From Candidatus Babeliales bacterium (lineage in GTDB: Bacteria > Babelota > Babeliae > Babelales > JABCYS01), in assembly GCA_016929235.1 (NCBI GenBank), contig JAFGJD010000006.1, positions 1 to 54,654 on the forward strand: a DNA stretch of 54,654 bases, given 5' to 3'. Position 1 is the first letter of the stretch. Each line of letters starts with the position of its first letter. The notes under the pieces were generated by a model. The model did not search any database, was not told where the DNA came from, and was given only the letters and a program-made list of their open reading frames with translations. Position numbers and translations under genes: made by a program. Below, one piece after another: positions 24,685-34,060 of the stretch.

Positions 24685-26085
24685 ATGAAGCGGGTGTTAT
24701 TATCGTTACTCATACTCACGCACGGCGTGCAAATCATACATGCTATGCCTGAAGCATTGCAGCGACTCAGAAGAAGACTATCAGACCCTACGGTTTCAAC
24801 TCTGACAGAAGAAGACATTCAAACATTGGAGATGGAAGAAGCGCCGGGACCTCTTAAAAGATATGCGCGCCTCATTGCCTCTTCTCCTGTTCAAGAGGTA
24901 GAGGTGCTTCCATTACTAGATGACTGCAACCGACTTGCTGCGGCTGTAGCCACAGAAGAAGAAATAGCAGATGAAGCTGAACAAGATAAAACACTACGAG
25001 AATGGGTAGAACCTGCACAAGGGCTCAGCAGAATAGCAGCACACAGACTGATAGCATCGGCACCACAATTAGGAATGCAACTCAGAGAGACTGCACGCGG
25101 CGTTTCTCGCAGCGTAGATAGTCTTCGCACACAGTATAGATTCAGACAATTCAGAGACGAGGCTCTCGAACCAACTGTACAATCATTTCTAGAATCCGAT
25201 GATGCTGCTGCACAATTAGTCGGAGAAACACGCAGAGAAATGGGATGGGCTGCTGGCGCAATGGCTACTGTATCAGGACTAGCTGTCTTTAGCGGACGAT
25301 TCCACCGCAGCATGAGGCAGGCACGGGATGCAGGACAAATGGTCCAAGAAGGTAGTAAATTCTTTGGTCTTGAAACTGCCGCAATCGCAGGATCGCTAAG
25401 CGCAGCTGGCACCGCTGCTGCAGCATTTCTTAAACCTGCTGCTATCGTCGCCCTTGGGGGATATATCATGCTTAAAATCAGATGGGCATTTACAGCAGAA
25501 GATAAAATGAAGCGCATGGGCCTCGAAAGAGATTTCGAAAAGAAACTACGCAAAACTCAAGAACAAATCGATGCCTTAAGCAAGAAGATAAAAGAAATAG
25601 ATCGTGAAGCACAGGGACGTGAAGAAAAAATTCAAAAGAAACTACAAGATGCTCTCGCTCGTCATGAAGAGCAAATGAGGCATGATGGGCAGCAAATTCG
25701 TGCCAATGCTGTTGAGGCTGTCGCTCTCGCAACTAGACTTGATACTGCAGTAAGACACGCCCTTCAGGAAGTTTCAGATGAACGAGATGAGCAAAAACGA
25801 GAATTTGCGGCTGCGCTCCTAGTTGTTAATCGTTGTGCGGAACGACAACACCTCGCAGAGGAAACTCAGCGGGCAATACAAGGCCTTCTTCAGCAGGTAG
25901 CAACACGCCTTGGCATCAATCACCAGGGCCTCATGGCACGGCTCTTACGTCGCGGTAGAGCTCGCAGCGAAGCCGGATTACCAGTAGGAGCACAAATCGG
26001 GGATATCACTGTACTAGAAGAACAAGCAACACCTATAGGACTTTCCGCTGTAGGCATAGGCCCCGATGGCCCTCGAGAACCTTAA
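24685..26085 (+). CDS. Secreted/membrane coiled-coil protein, hypothetical
   Basis: Signal ...IIHA|MPE; two Ala/Gly-rich hydrophobic segments; long charged coiled coil. Confidence 0.78.
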   Translation: MKRVLLSLLILTHGVQIIHAMPEALQRLRRRLSDPTVSTLTEEDIQTLEMEEAPGPLKRYARLIASSPVQEVEVLPLLDDCNRLAAAVATEEEIADEAEQDKTLREWVEPAQGLSRIAAHRLIASAPQLGMQLRETARGVSRSVDSLRTQYRFRQFRDEALEPTVQSFLESDDAAAQLVGETRREMGWAAGAMATVSGLAVFSGRFHRSMRQARDAGQMVQEGSKFFGLETAAIAGSLSAAGTAAAAFLKPAAIVALGGYIMLKIRWAFTAEDKMKRMGLERDFEKKLRKTQEQIDALSKKIKEIDREAQGREEKIQKKLQDALARHEEQMRHDGQQIRANAVEAVALATRLDTAVRHALQEVSDERDEQKREFAAALLVVNRCAERQHLAEETQRAIQGLLQQVATRLGINHQGLMARLLRRGRARSEAGLPVGAQIGDITVLEEQATPIGLSAVGIGPDGPREP

Positions 26086-26172
26086 GGCTGTTGCAAATAG
26101 CCATAGTAGGCGTAGGATAATGCCCAACAAAATGTGACGGGCAGTAATGATGAAAGAAGGAGATTCATCCCT

Positions 26173-27132
26173 ATGAACCGGTTACTCAGAGTAGTTTTGG
26201 GATTTATCGGCCTCGGTATAGTGATCTATGCAGGGCGGAGCCTCCTCATCTCTAGGGAAGCATCAGAGCTGGAGGCCCCAACGGAACCTTGTCCTCTCCC
26301 AGAACCACCACCAGATGAACCTGCCCAGATTAAGGCGGTTATGTGTGGTTTAGGGGATGTCCTCATCAAGAGCTCCTCATATAAATTGGTTCGGTCTATT
26401 GGTCTAGGCGATGTCATGTGGTACACCTCAACAGGAGGACATACGACAGATGACCTGAAAAATATGATGTTTTCATTTATTGATTATATGGCTGAAGTCG
26501 AAAACAAAGAAAAACGATCAAGTAGCAAACGCACACCAACCATCAAAGGCCATCCTATGTCCCCAGCAATGATTCTATGGAAAAAAGGAAAACTATCCAG
26601 TGTTGCTATGCTAGAAATAGCACTTCTACATGTTGAGGATATGGACAGAAACGGAGTATTTGAGTCTGAAGTCGAAAAGCGTATTGCTACTAATATGGCC
26701 AAGGCGTTGCTTGATCCAGAAACGCAAGCAAAAAGCAAAGATGAAATTCTAGATTCAACCAAAATCATTCGTATGCTTGCTAGTCAAAAGGATAAATCTG
26801 GAAAACGTAAATACATATTCATCTTAGTTTCCAACACCGAAACAGAACTCATTCCACTGCTTACACAAAGATTTCCAAATATCTTCAATATCTTTGATGA
26901 TGTCATAATGTCTGGTGATATTGGCATGATGAAACCAGATGAAGATATCTACGATTATATCCTCGAGAAGTACAACTTAAAACCATCAGAATGTGTATTC
27001 CTGGATAGCGCACAAGAAAATATTGAAGCAGCCGAAGACATTGGAATACACTCAATTAAAATACAAAAGGGATGCTACAAACAAGTACGAACTGGACTTG
27101 CTGATCTTGGCATGCTCCCCGCATCAAAGTAA
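26173..27132 (+). CDS. HAD-IA phosphatase-like protein 1 (degenerate motifs), N-terminal anchor
   Basis: Motif I reads MCGLGDV; VSNT, MKPD, FLDSAQENI. Confidence 0.85.
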   Translation: MNRLLRVVLGFIGLGIVIYAGRSLLISREASELEAPTEPCPLPEPPPDEPAQIKAVMCGLGDVLIKSSSYKLVRSIGLGDVMWYTSTGGHTTDDLKNMMFSFIDYMAEVENKEKRSSSKRTPTIKGHPMSPAMILWKKGKLSSVAMLEIALLHVEDMDRNGVFESEVEKRIATNMAKALLDPETQAKSKDEILDSTKIIRMLASQKDKSGKRKYIFILVSNTETELIPLLTQRFPNIFNIFDDVIMSGDIGMMKPDEDIYDYILEKYNLKPSECVFLDSAQENIEAAEDIGIHSIKIQKGCYKQVRTGLADLGMLPASK

Positions 27133-27142
27133 GGGAATGGGA

Positions 27143-28078
27143 ATGAACTTACGTCGCTATCTGTCTATTGTTTTCTTTGTATGGATCTTAATGAGCGTTA
27201 TCCCTGATATACAAGCGAAAATATTGGTTTTTGATATTGGGGGCGTACTCCTCAGAACTAATACAAAAAAAGCAATGAATTTGATGGGATACGGCAACCT
27301 CGTATCATATACTTTTTCATTCCACAATCCTGTAAACCTTCAAGAAAAATCATTCAATGCCTTGCGTACTATCAAAGATTTATCGATTAGGCCAAACCAC
27401 GAAAAATCTACGTATCTTGGCACACCCTTGCCAGATATTATGGCTGCATGGCTTCGAGGAGATATTCCATGCCAAAAGTTACTCGCTATGGCACAAACTG
27501 CAGTCCTCGACAAAATACAATCCAAAACAACACGGGCAATCTTTAGCGCAATCTATCATTCCATGTTTGATCCCAAAACCAACTGCTCCATTCAGGAATT
27601 CGTACCAACGGCTCTTCAGTTGGTTCGCGATCTGAGAAAAGAAACTGACGCAGCGGGCAATCGCATTCACAAATTCTACATCCTCTCGAATTATAATGAT
27701 GAAGCATTTAGAGAACTGTACCTCAATAACACTGATATTTTTGACGAATTATTTGATGGATTATTGATCTCGGGAGATGTGGGACTTATCAAACCAGATC
27801 CCGCCATTTATAAACTCTTGCTTACTGAGTACAATCTTGACGTCGATGACTGCTATTTCATCGATGATCAAATCGAAAATGTACATGCAGCAACGAGCGT
27901 TGGCTTCACGGGAATCCATTGTAATAATTTTAATTATCTGCAGATTAGACAGCGACTCATCAAGGACAAGCTCCTTACGCTATCAACATCTACACGTAGA
28001 ACCACTCCAAGAAAGCCTAAGTCGAAAAAAGCTCAGGTACAACATAAAGATACAGCTCTCACTGCTACATTTACTTAA
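27143..28078 (+). CDS. HAD-IA phosphatase 2 (YihX-like), signal peptide
   Basis: FDIGGVL, LSNY, IKPDP, FIDDQIENV. Confidence 0.9.
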   Translation: MNLRRYLSIVFFVWILMSVIPDIQAKILVFDIGGVLLRTNTKKAMNLMGYGNLVSYTFSFHNPVNLQEKSFNALRTIKDLSIRPNHEKSTYLGTPLPDIMAAWLRGDIPCQKLLAMAQTAVLDKIQSKTTRAIFSAIYHSMFDPKTNCSIQEFVPTALQLVRDLRKETDAAGNRIHKFYILSNYNDEAFRELYLNNTDIFDELFDGLLISGDVGLIKPDPAIYKLLLTEYNLDVDDCYFIDDQIENVHAATSVGFTGIHCNNFNYLQIRQRLIKDKLLTLSTSTRRTTPRKPKSKKAQVQHKDTALTATFT

Positions 28079-28196
28079 TTACCCCACTAGGAAAAGATTC
28101 AACCGGTATATAGACGACACAAGTTGTCTCTTGCTCAAGATCTCGCTAGGCTAGGTCATACCCCTATTAAGATTCACGAATTGAAAGTCGAGAAAG

Positions 28197-28988
28197 ATGA
28201 AGAAGCTTATTTTTCTTTTGAGTGCATGCGTTATATCAGTCGATCTCTGCAGCACTCCACCACGAGCCTTAATCATAGAGCTCGAAGATGTTGTGCTTCG
28301 ACCAGATAAACTTGAGGCCATCAAACAGTTGGGTACCGCCATGGCGTACTATGTATTAAAACATCCAACTATAGATCCTAACTCGATGATATACGGAAAA
28401 TTTTTCAGGGAACTTACCAAAGTCCGTATCGCAGGTCTCGTCAATAATAATGAAGGTGATTTTCACTGGGGTCATAGGGTTCCCCCTGTATTAGCAACAT
28501 GGCAAAAGGGAGCGCTACCCTGCAAACAACTACTTGAAGCCACTGAAAAGACATTCAGACATTTATGGCGCAATGAACGTACAGTGCTTACACGAATAGC
28601 GCACATGGCACTCAGTCCGATAGGCTATCGCGATACGCATACGCTAGTTGACGGAGTAGAACGATTTTTACATCAACACCACCGATATCGCCTCTTTCTC
28701 ACCGCTAACTGCCATCAAGAAACGTTAGAGGTCTTACGACAAAAATACCCATATGTGTTTGAAGCATTTGAGGGGATTCTTATTTCTGGTGAAATACGCA
28801 CGACCAAGCCTGGTCCAGAATTCTATCGTCAACTTATTGGTCGATACCAACTCAATCCAGAAGAATGCCTCTGCGTTGAAGCAAAGGATGCCAATGTCTC
28901 AACCGCACGATCGCTGGGGATGCAGGCCATAAAATTCAGCAATTTTGTAGATCTAGAAAAATTCTTGCGTGAACAGGAACAAGAATGA
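28197..28988 (+). CDS. HAD-IA phosphatase-like protein 3 (degenerate motifs), signal peptide
   Basis: IELEDVV, TANC, TKPGP, CVEAKDANV. Confidence 0.82.
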   Translation: MKKLIFLLSACVISVDLCSTPPRALIIELEDVVLRPDKLEAIKQLGTAMAYYVLKHPTIDPNSMIYGKFFRELTKVRIAGLVNNNEGDFHWGHRVPPVLATWQKGALPCKQLLEATEKTFRHLWRNERTVLTRIAHMALSPIGYRDTHTLVDGVERFLHQHHRYRLFLTANCHQETLEVLRQKYPYVFEAFEGILISGEIRTTKPGPEFYRQLIGRYQLNPEECLCVEAKDANVSTARSLGMQAIKFSNFVDLEKFLREQEQE

Positions 28989-29896
28989 AACGGCAACTTT
29001 CAACACTCACTATACTAACTGCTCTTGCAGCCCTCGTTCTATACACCTTCATTCCCCGGACACACACAACTCAAAAACCTCCTCACAAAACTCCACCCAT
29101 CAAGGCCATTTGTTTTGATATTGGAAGTGTACTCCTCAAGCGCGACATCGCTAAAACGCTGTGGTACATTGGACCAAAGGATGTCATAGCATATATGGTC
29201 CTTGATATGAAAAATCCACTCGAACTTGAAAATAAAGCCCTCAGCATCATTGATTATATGACAGAAAAAGAGGGTGTTGCAGATCCAGACGACAATCCCC
29301 CAACCGAAAAGGGCCATCCCATCTCCAAGAGTATGGGAGAGTGGCAAACAGGGAAAATCTCTAACCAACAAATGCTACAAAAAGTAGAAATAGCAATCCA
29401 TGAACTCCGCAGCAAGGGTCTCTTTGAAAGCGAGCGAGAGCAAAGAATCGCACTCCATCTAGCACAGATTATTTTTGATGCGCACGCATCAACCATTACA
29501 CGTAAGGAAAACCGTCAGGTTACAAGCCTTATTCCCATCATTAAAGCGCAACACTCAGCATCTGGTGAACCACGCTACAAGCTCTTGATCTTCAGCAACA
29601 TCGATCAAGAAAGCATCCCTGAGGTACAGCAGCAATTCCCTGAATTATTTTCTCAATTTGATGACTTCATCGGGTCAGGAAATATCGGTGTTATGAAACC
29701 ATCTAAGGCCTTTTATAAACATGCTCTTGATAAGCATCATCTCAAAGCACACGAGTGTGTCTTTTTAGATGATCTTGAAGAGAACGTACAAAGCGCACAA
29801 GAACTTGGTATTCATGCTATTCATTTAACCAAACATAATATAGATGATGTCAAAAAAAAGCTGGAGCAGTTAGGTGTACTCCCTGCTCCAGCATAA
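28985..29896 (+). CDS. HAD-IA phosphatase 4, N-terminal anchor
   Basis: FDIGSVL, FSNI, MKPS, FLDDLEENV. Confidence 0.9.
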   Translation: MKRQLSTLTILTALAALVLYTFIPRTHTTQKPPHKTPPIKAICFDIGSVLLKRDIAKTLWYIGPKDVIAYMVLDMKNPLELENKALSIIDYMTEKEGVADPDDNPPTEKGHPISKSMGEWQTGKISNQQMLQKVEIAIHELRSKGLFESEREQRIALHLAQIIFDAHASTITRKENRQVTSLIPIIKAQHSASGEPRYKLLIFSNIDQESIPEVQQQFPELFSQFDDFIGSGNIGVMKPSKAFYKHALDKHHLKAHECVFLDDLEENVQSAQELGIHAIHLTKHNIDDVKKKLEQLGVLPAPA

Positions 29897-29917
29897 TCAA
29901 AAAACTTGTATCACGGT

Positions 29918-31192
29918 TTAGCGGGCAATTTCATCAATAACTTCAAGGAAGTAATCAACTTCTTCTAACGTATTATAGAAACAAAAACTTGCGCGAACCG
30001 ATGTATCAAATCCAAGTAATTTTCCAAGCGGTTGTGCACACTGTTTTCCTGCACGAACGCAAATACCCTTAGTATCAAGGAATGCTGCAATATCATGGGT
30101 GTGCATGCCATCGATGAGAAAGCTTACCAAATGACCATGCTCTTTAAGGTGATTCACCGGCCCCAATAATTTCACGCGTGGATATTGTGAAAGTCCTTCA
30201 ATCAAACGTGATACGAGAGCCGCTTCGTGCACGCGAACCTCTGCCGCGTCAATATTACGATCAATATAATCCACGGCTGCCGCAAGACCTATAACTTGAG
30301 CGATACCTGGCGTACCAGCTTCAAGCAGCTGTGGCATAGGCATCCATGCAGCGTGTTGGTAATCTGCGGCTAGCACCATTGCTCCCCCAAACTGATATGG
30401 TTGCATCTGAGCATGCATACTCTTGGCTACATAGAGAACCCCAACACTGGTAGGGCCAAACATTTTATGACCAGAAAATACAACAAATTCACAGCCAATA
30501 TCACTAACATTAACAAGCTTACGCGCAACTGATTGAGCAGCATCAATAAGCACCTTTGCACCAACTTTGTGCGCCAAAGCGGTAATAGCCTGCACATCAG
30601 TTACTGTACCCAAAACATTGGATACATGCGTTGCCGCTACAAACTTGGTCCTAGAACTCAACATTGCTGCATAGGCTTCCATATCCAATGAACCATCTTC
30701 ATTCAATGGAATTATTTTGAGAATAGCACCTGCTGCCTTACACGCTTGCTGCCAAGGCAAGAGATTACTGTGGTGTTCAAGAGCTGTCGTAATGACTTCA
30801 TCGCCAGGCTGCAACTGGTAACGCAGCCATGAGTCGGCAACAATATTACATGATTCCGTGGTTCCCTTGGTAAAGACAATTTCTTCTTCGCGAGCGCCAA
30901 TAAACTCTGCTACCGTTTCTCGGGCTGCCTCAAACATTGCAGTCGCTCGTTCTGCGCGTTGATAGATACCACGATGCACGTTGGCATTATGATTGATATA
31001 AAAGTCCACAAGAGCATCGATAACATGCTGTGGTTTTTGCGTTGTAGCCCCATTGTCAAAATAGACAATCGGTCTCCCATTGATTTGCTCACGCAAATAC
31101 GGAAAATCGTTCCTGAGGTGTTCCATTTTTGGCTCTGTTGTTAGTGTCATAGCTACCCATCCCATCAAGCATAGTGCTTCCAGTTTCTTCAT
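29918..31192 (-). CDS. sufS: Cysteine desulfurase SufS
   Basis: YFDNGATTQKP, EHHSN, DAAQS, SGHKMFGP, EAGTP, RAGKQCA; start either ATG 31192 (GGAGGAG RBS) or 31126. Confidence 0.94.
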   Translation of the reverse strand: MKKLEALCLMGWVAMTLTTEPKMEHLRNDFPYLREQINGRPIVYFDNGATTQKPQHVIDALVDFYINHNANVHRGIYQRAERATAMFEAARETVAEFIGAREEEIVFTKGTTESCNIVADSWLRYQLQPGDEVITTALEHHSNLLPWQQACKAAGAILKIIPLNEDGSLDMEAYAAMLSSRTKFVAATHVSNVLGTVTDVQAITALAHKVGAKVLIDAAQSVARKLVNVSDIGCEFVVFSGHKMFGPTSVGVLYVAKSMHAQMQPYQFGGAMVLAADYQHAAWMPMPQLLEAGTPGIAQVIGLAAAVDYIDRNIDAAEVRVHEAALVSRLIEGLSQYPRVKLLGPVNHLKEHGHLVSFLIDGMHTHDIAAFLDTKGICVRAGKQCAQPLGKLLGFDTSVRASFCFYNTLEEVDYFLEVIDEIAR

Positions 31193-31368
31193 TACTCCTC
31201 CTGGCTTAAAAGACCTATCATCCAATCTAAAACAGACACACCCCTTTTTCAATGGTTATTTCTTCACCCCCTCAGCCATTACCCTGAAACTGCTAAGTAA
31301 TCTTGACCCTAAAGAGCTAATTTTCTTATTCTAAGAGAGTAGGGAAGCAGTCCAAAGGGGAGCTGTTG

Positions 31369-32391
31369 ATGAAGCACATACGCCAGAAAACACTTATTTT
31401 GTTCGTGCTTACGGGCATCATGCTCTGCCCAATCAAGACTGAAAGTGTGAAGGGGAAACGATACCGACAAAACACAACCCCAACTGTAACTACATACTGG
31501 CTCCACGATAACGAGAAAACCTTCTCTAGGTATGAATCCTTCTACAAACCAGAATCTATTTTTGAAGTATTTGATCGTAACTTTTTCGAAGATACGATGG
31601 TTCCTCAAGCGCCAATTACCTTCCGAAATGACCCGACACAATCAGTCAACGGCAAGGTCCTTATGGAACAAGCTGAAGAAGCAGTAAAGGAACTGAAACA
31701 AGGCAAGAAAAAACTCACGCATTTCAAGCTGTTAAAGAATAAAAACTACGACATGTCAGATAATACAGGACTGATTGTCCTGAAATACAATGACTACCCA
31801 TTTATTCTCAAACTTTTTATGGAAACACCGGAAAGCTTTATCACACCGCAAGACAAAGGACTCCAACACCAAGGCATGTATCTCATATCAGGCGGTATGA
31901 ATCGATACCTATCCGGGTTATATCGCATTAAGAATATGGCATTGATCAAAGAAGAAATGAGCAAGAATGAAATCTGGAATGATTTTGTAGATTTTCCACG
32001 CAAATGGCACTGGCTGCCTGAAGATGTTGATTGGTTTGAAGTTCGAGGTGACAACTTTACCAGCGAAGAGCCACTCTACACACAACTCCCAAGTGCATAT
32101 GGTATTATTGTTGACCAGATCATCTCCGATGTGCGACTAGGTCACATTAAAAAATATTATGGGCGCTCTATCTTCAAGTACTGTAAGGATTTCAACTTCA
32201 GACCGGATCCTAATTTGAAAAATTTCATTGTAGAAAAAGATACCAATAAACTCGTATGTATTGATACCGAATACTTCGCACCATTACTCGGCATGGACCC
32301 CAATAAGATGGATAACCTTGAAGGATATTGGGATCTACATGTCTATGCAGCAAGTCGATTCTTTAAAGAAGCATTTCTTTCTGTTACCTAA
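31369..32391 (+). CDS. Secreted hypothetical protein with atypical protein-kinase-like motifs
   Basis: Signal peptide; ILKL, DPNLKN, IDTE. Confidence 0.65.
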   Translation: MKHIRQKTLILFVLTGIMLCPIKTESVKGKRYRQNTTPTVTTYWLHDNEKTFSRYESFYKPESIFEVFDRNFFEDTMVPQAPITFRNDPTQSVNGKVLMEQAEEAVKELKQGKKKLTHFKLLKNKNYDMSDNTGLIVLKYNDYPFILKLFMETPESFITPQDKGLQHQGMYLISGGMNRYLSGLYRIKNMALIKEEMSKNEIWNDFVDFPRKWHWLPEDVDWFEVRGDNFTSEEPLYTQLPSAYGIIVDQIISDVRLGHIKKYYGRSIFKYCKDFNFRPDPNLKNFIVEKDTNKLVCIDTEYFAPLLGMDPNKMDNLEGYWDLHVYAASRFFKEAFLSVT

Positions 32392-32470
32392 TAGCACAAA
32401 ATGATAGACAACAAACACTCCATTTTTATATCATGCAGCCATTAGTTACCTCACAAAGAAGGAGTCCCAT

Positions 32471-32896
32471 ATGACTACTCGTTTGATTACATGCTGCACA
32501 TTGTTATTTGCAGGAACTATTTGTGCCGAAGAAATTGCGGATAATAGAATTCCATGTCCTCCAAAACCAACAACAACTGAGGCCTCCCCATCAATCTGGG
32601 AACAGGTATCATCGGTGGATTACGTCGGTAGCGCTAAGAATTCTTGGACGTATTTTCAAGAAAAAATATGGCCAATGATGGCTGAATATATGCTCTTTCT
32701 TGATAAGCTCAATCCTGATGCCGTGAAGATCTTGTTATGCGCATCAATATTTAACGTTGCACCCTATGCTTTTAATGGCTTCATTCCACGCACCATCGCT
32801 CGGGGTGTTATCGCAACAGCAGCTGTTGCTCACCTAACGCGATTGATTCATCATTTGGGATATGATCGTCACATCAGGACAGCCCTCACATCATAA
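32471..32896 (+). CDS. Hypothetical exported/membrane protein
   Basis: AAGGAG RBS, signal ...GTICA|EE, two C-terminal hydrophobic stretches. Confidence 0.7.
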   Translation: MTTRLITCCTLLFAGTICAEEIADNRIPCPPKPTTTEASPSIWEQVSSVDYVGSAKNSWTYFQEKIWPMMAEYMLFLDKLNPDAVKILLCASIFNVAPYAFNGFIPRTIARGVIATAAVAHLTRLIHHLGYDRHIRTALTS

Positions 32897-34051
32897 TAAA
32901 ACACGTGCAAGTTCGTTGAGGGTTATTGTTCCCTCTATCACTTTGTGCTTTGCATCATCCAGGAGGGTTTTCATACCCTCCTGCCGAGCTTGTTGTTGTA
33001 ATTCATGATAACGAGGTTGATGGACTACTAAATCACCCAATGCATGAGACATAAGCAGCAATTCAAAGATTCCCGTTCTTCCCCGATATCCAAGCATAAA
33101 ACACGCATCACATCCCGCACCTTTGTATAATGTTGTCGCATACAGCCCGATCCGTTCCATGATAAGACGATCTTGAGGCCGAGGCCTCATCTCCGTTTTA
33201 CACAAAGGACAAATAGTTCTCACTAAGCGCTGCGCTAGCACACCAGTTACAGCAGCATTTAGAAGAAATGGCTCTATACCCATATCAAGCAGTCGCACTA
33301 ATGCTCCAGGCGCGTCAGTTGTATGCAAGGTGCTAAACACCAAATGTCCTGTTAATGCAGCCTCAATGCCAATACGTGCGGTTTGTTTATCCCTGATCTC
33401 GCCGATCATAACTACATCAGGATCTTGTCGTAAAATGGCGCGAATACCTTTTTCAAACGTAAACCCAACTTCAGGATGTACTTGCCCTTGAGTAGTTCCA
33501 TCGACATCGTATTCAACAGGATCTTCCAACGTCACTACATTTTTTTCTGGCGTTACAATCTCAGAAAGAGCCGCATACAAAGTCGTCGTCTTTCCAGAAC
33601 CTGTCGGTCCTGTCACTAAAAAGAATCCGCTTGCTCGTGTAATAAGATCATGAAAATGTGAGAGCATGCCAATAGAAAACCCCAATTGATCAAGATCCAT
33701 CGTGGTATGCGTACGATCTAAAATACGGATAACAACTTTTTCACCATGAATCGTGGGAAAGGTAGAAACACGTAAATCAATGGTACGTCCTCGTAATGTC
33801 ACACAAAACTTACCATCTTGGGGAATCCGCTGTTCCGTCGTATTGATCCGCGACAATACCTTCACACGGGCCACTACTTGTTGCATTGTTTCTGACGATA
33901 CTATGGTATACGGATACAGTACACCATCAACACGGTACCGCACCCTAAGCCCGTCATCTGATGGCTCTAAATGCACATCAGACGCGTGACGTTCTATTGC
34001 CGTTTCAATAAGAGAATCAACTAAAGAAACAATGCCACCACCCGAAGCCAT
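32891..34051 (-). CDS. GspE/PilB-family secretion/pilus assembly ATPase (no N-terminal domain)
   Basis: ASDVH.EP, PQDG, GPTGSGKTTT, EDPVE, LRQDPD, TGHLV.STLH, CxxC pairs. Confidence 0.94.
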   Translation of the reverse strand: MASGGGIVSLVDSLIETAIERHASDVHLEPSDDGLRVRYRVDGVLYPYTIVSSETMQQVVARVKVLSRINTTEQRIPQDGKFCVTLRGRTIDLRVSTFPTIHGEKVVIRILDRTHTTMDLDQLGFSIGMLSHFHDLITRASGFFLVTGPTGSGKTTTLYAALSEIVTPEKNVVTLEDPVEYDVDGTTQGQVHPEVGFTFEKGIRAILRQDPDVVMIGEIRDKQTARIGIEAALTGHLVFSTLHTTDAPGALVRLLDMGIEPFLLNAAVTGVLAQRLVRTICPLCKTEMRPRPQDRLIMERIGLYATTLYKGAGCDACFMLGYRGRTGIFELLLMSHALGDLVVHQPRYHELQQQARQEGMKTLLDDAKHKVIEGTITLNELARVLL

Positions 34052-34060
34052 TGTTGCAAC

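Noticed and set aside
24891..25553. 220-aa antisense ORF
   Set aside because: Lies wholly opposite the 466-aa gene, Ser/Ala-rich shadow composition, no motif
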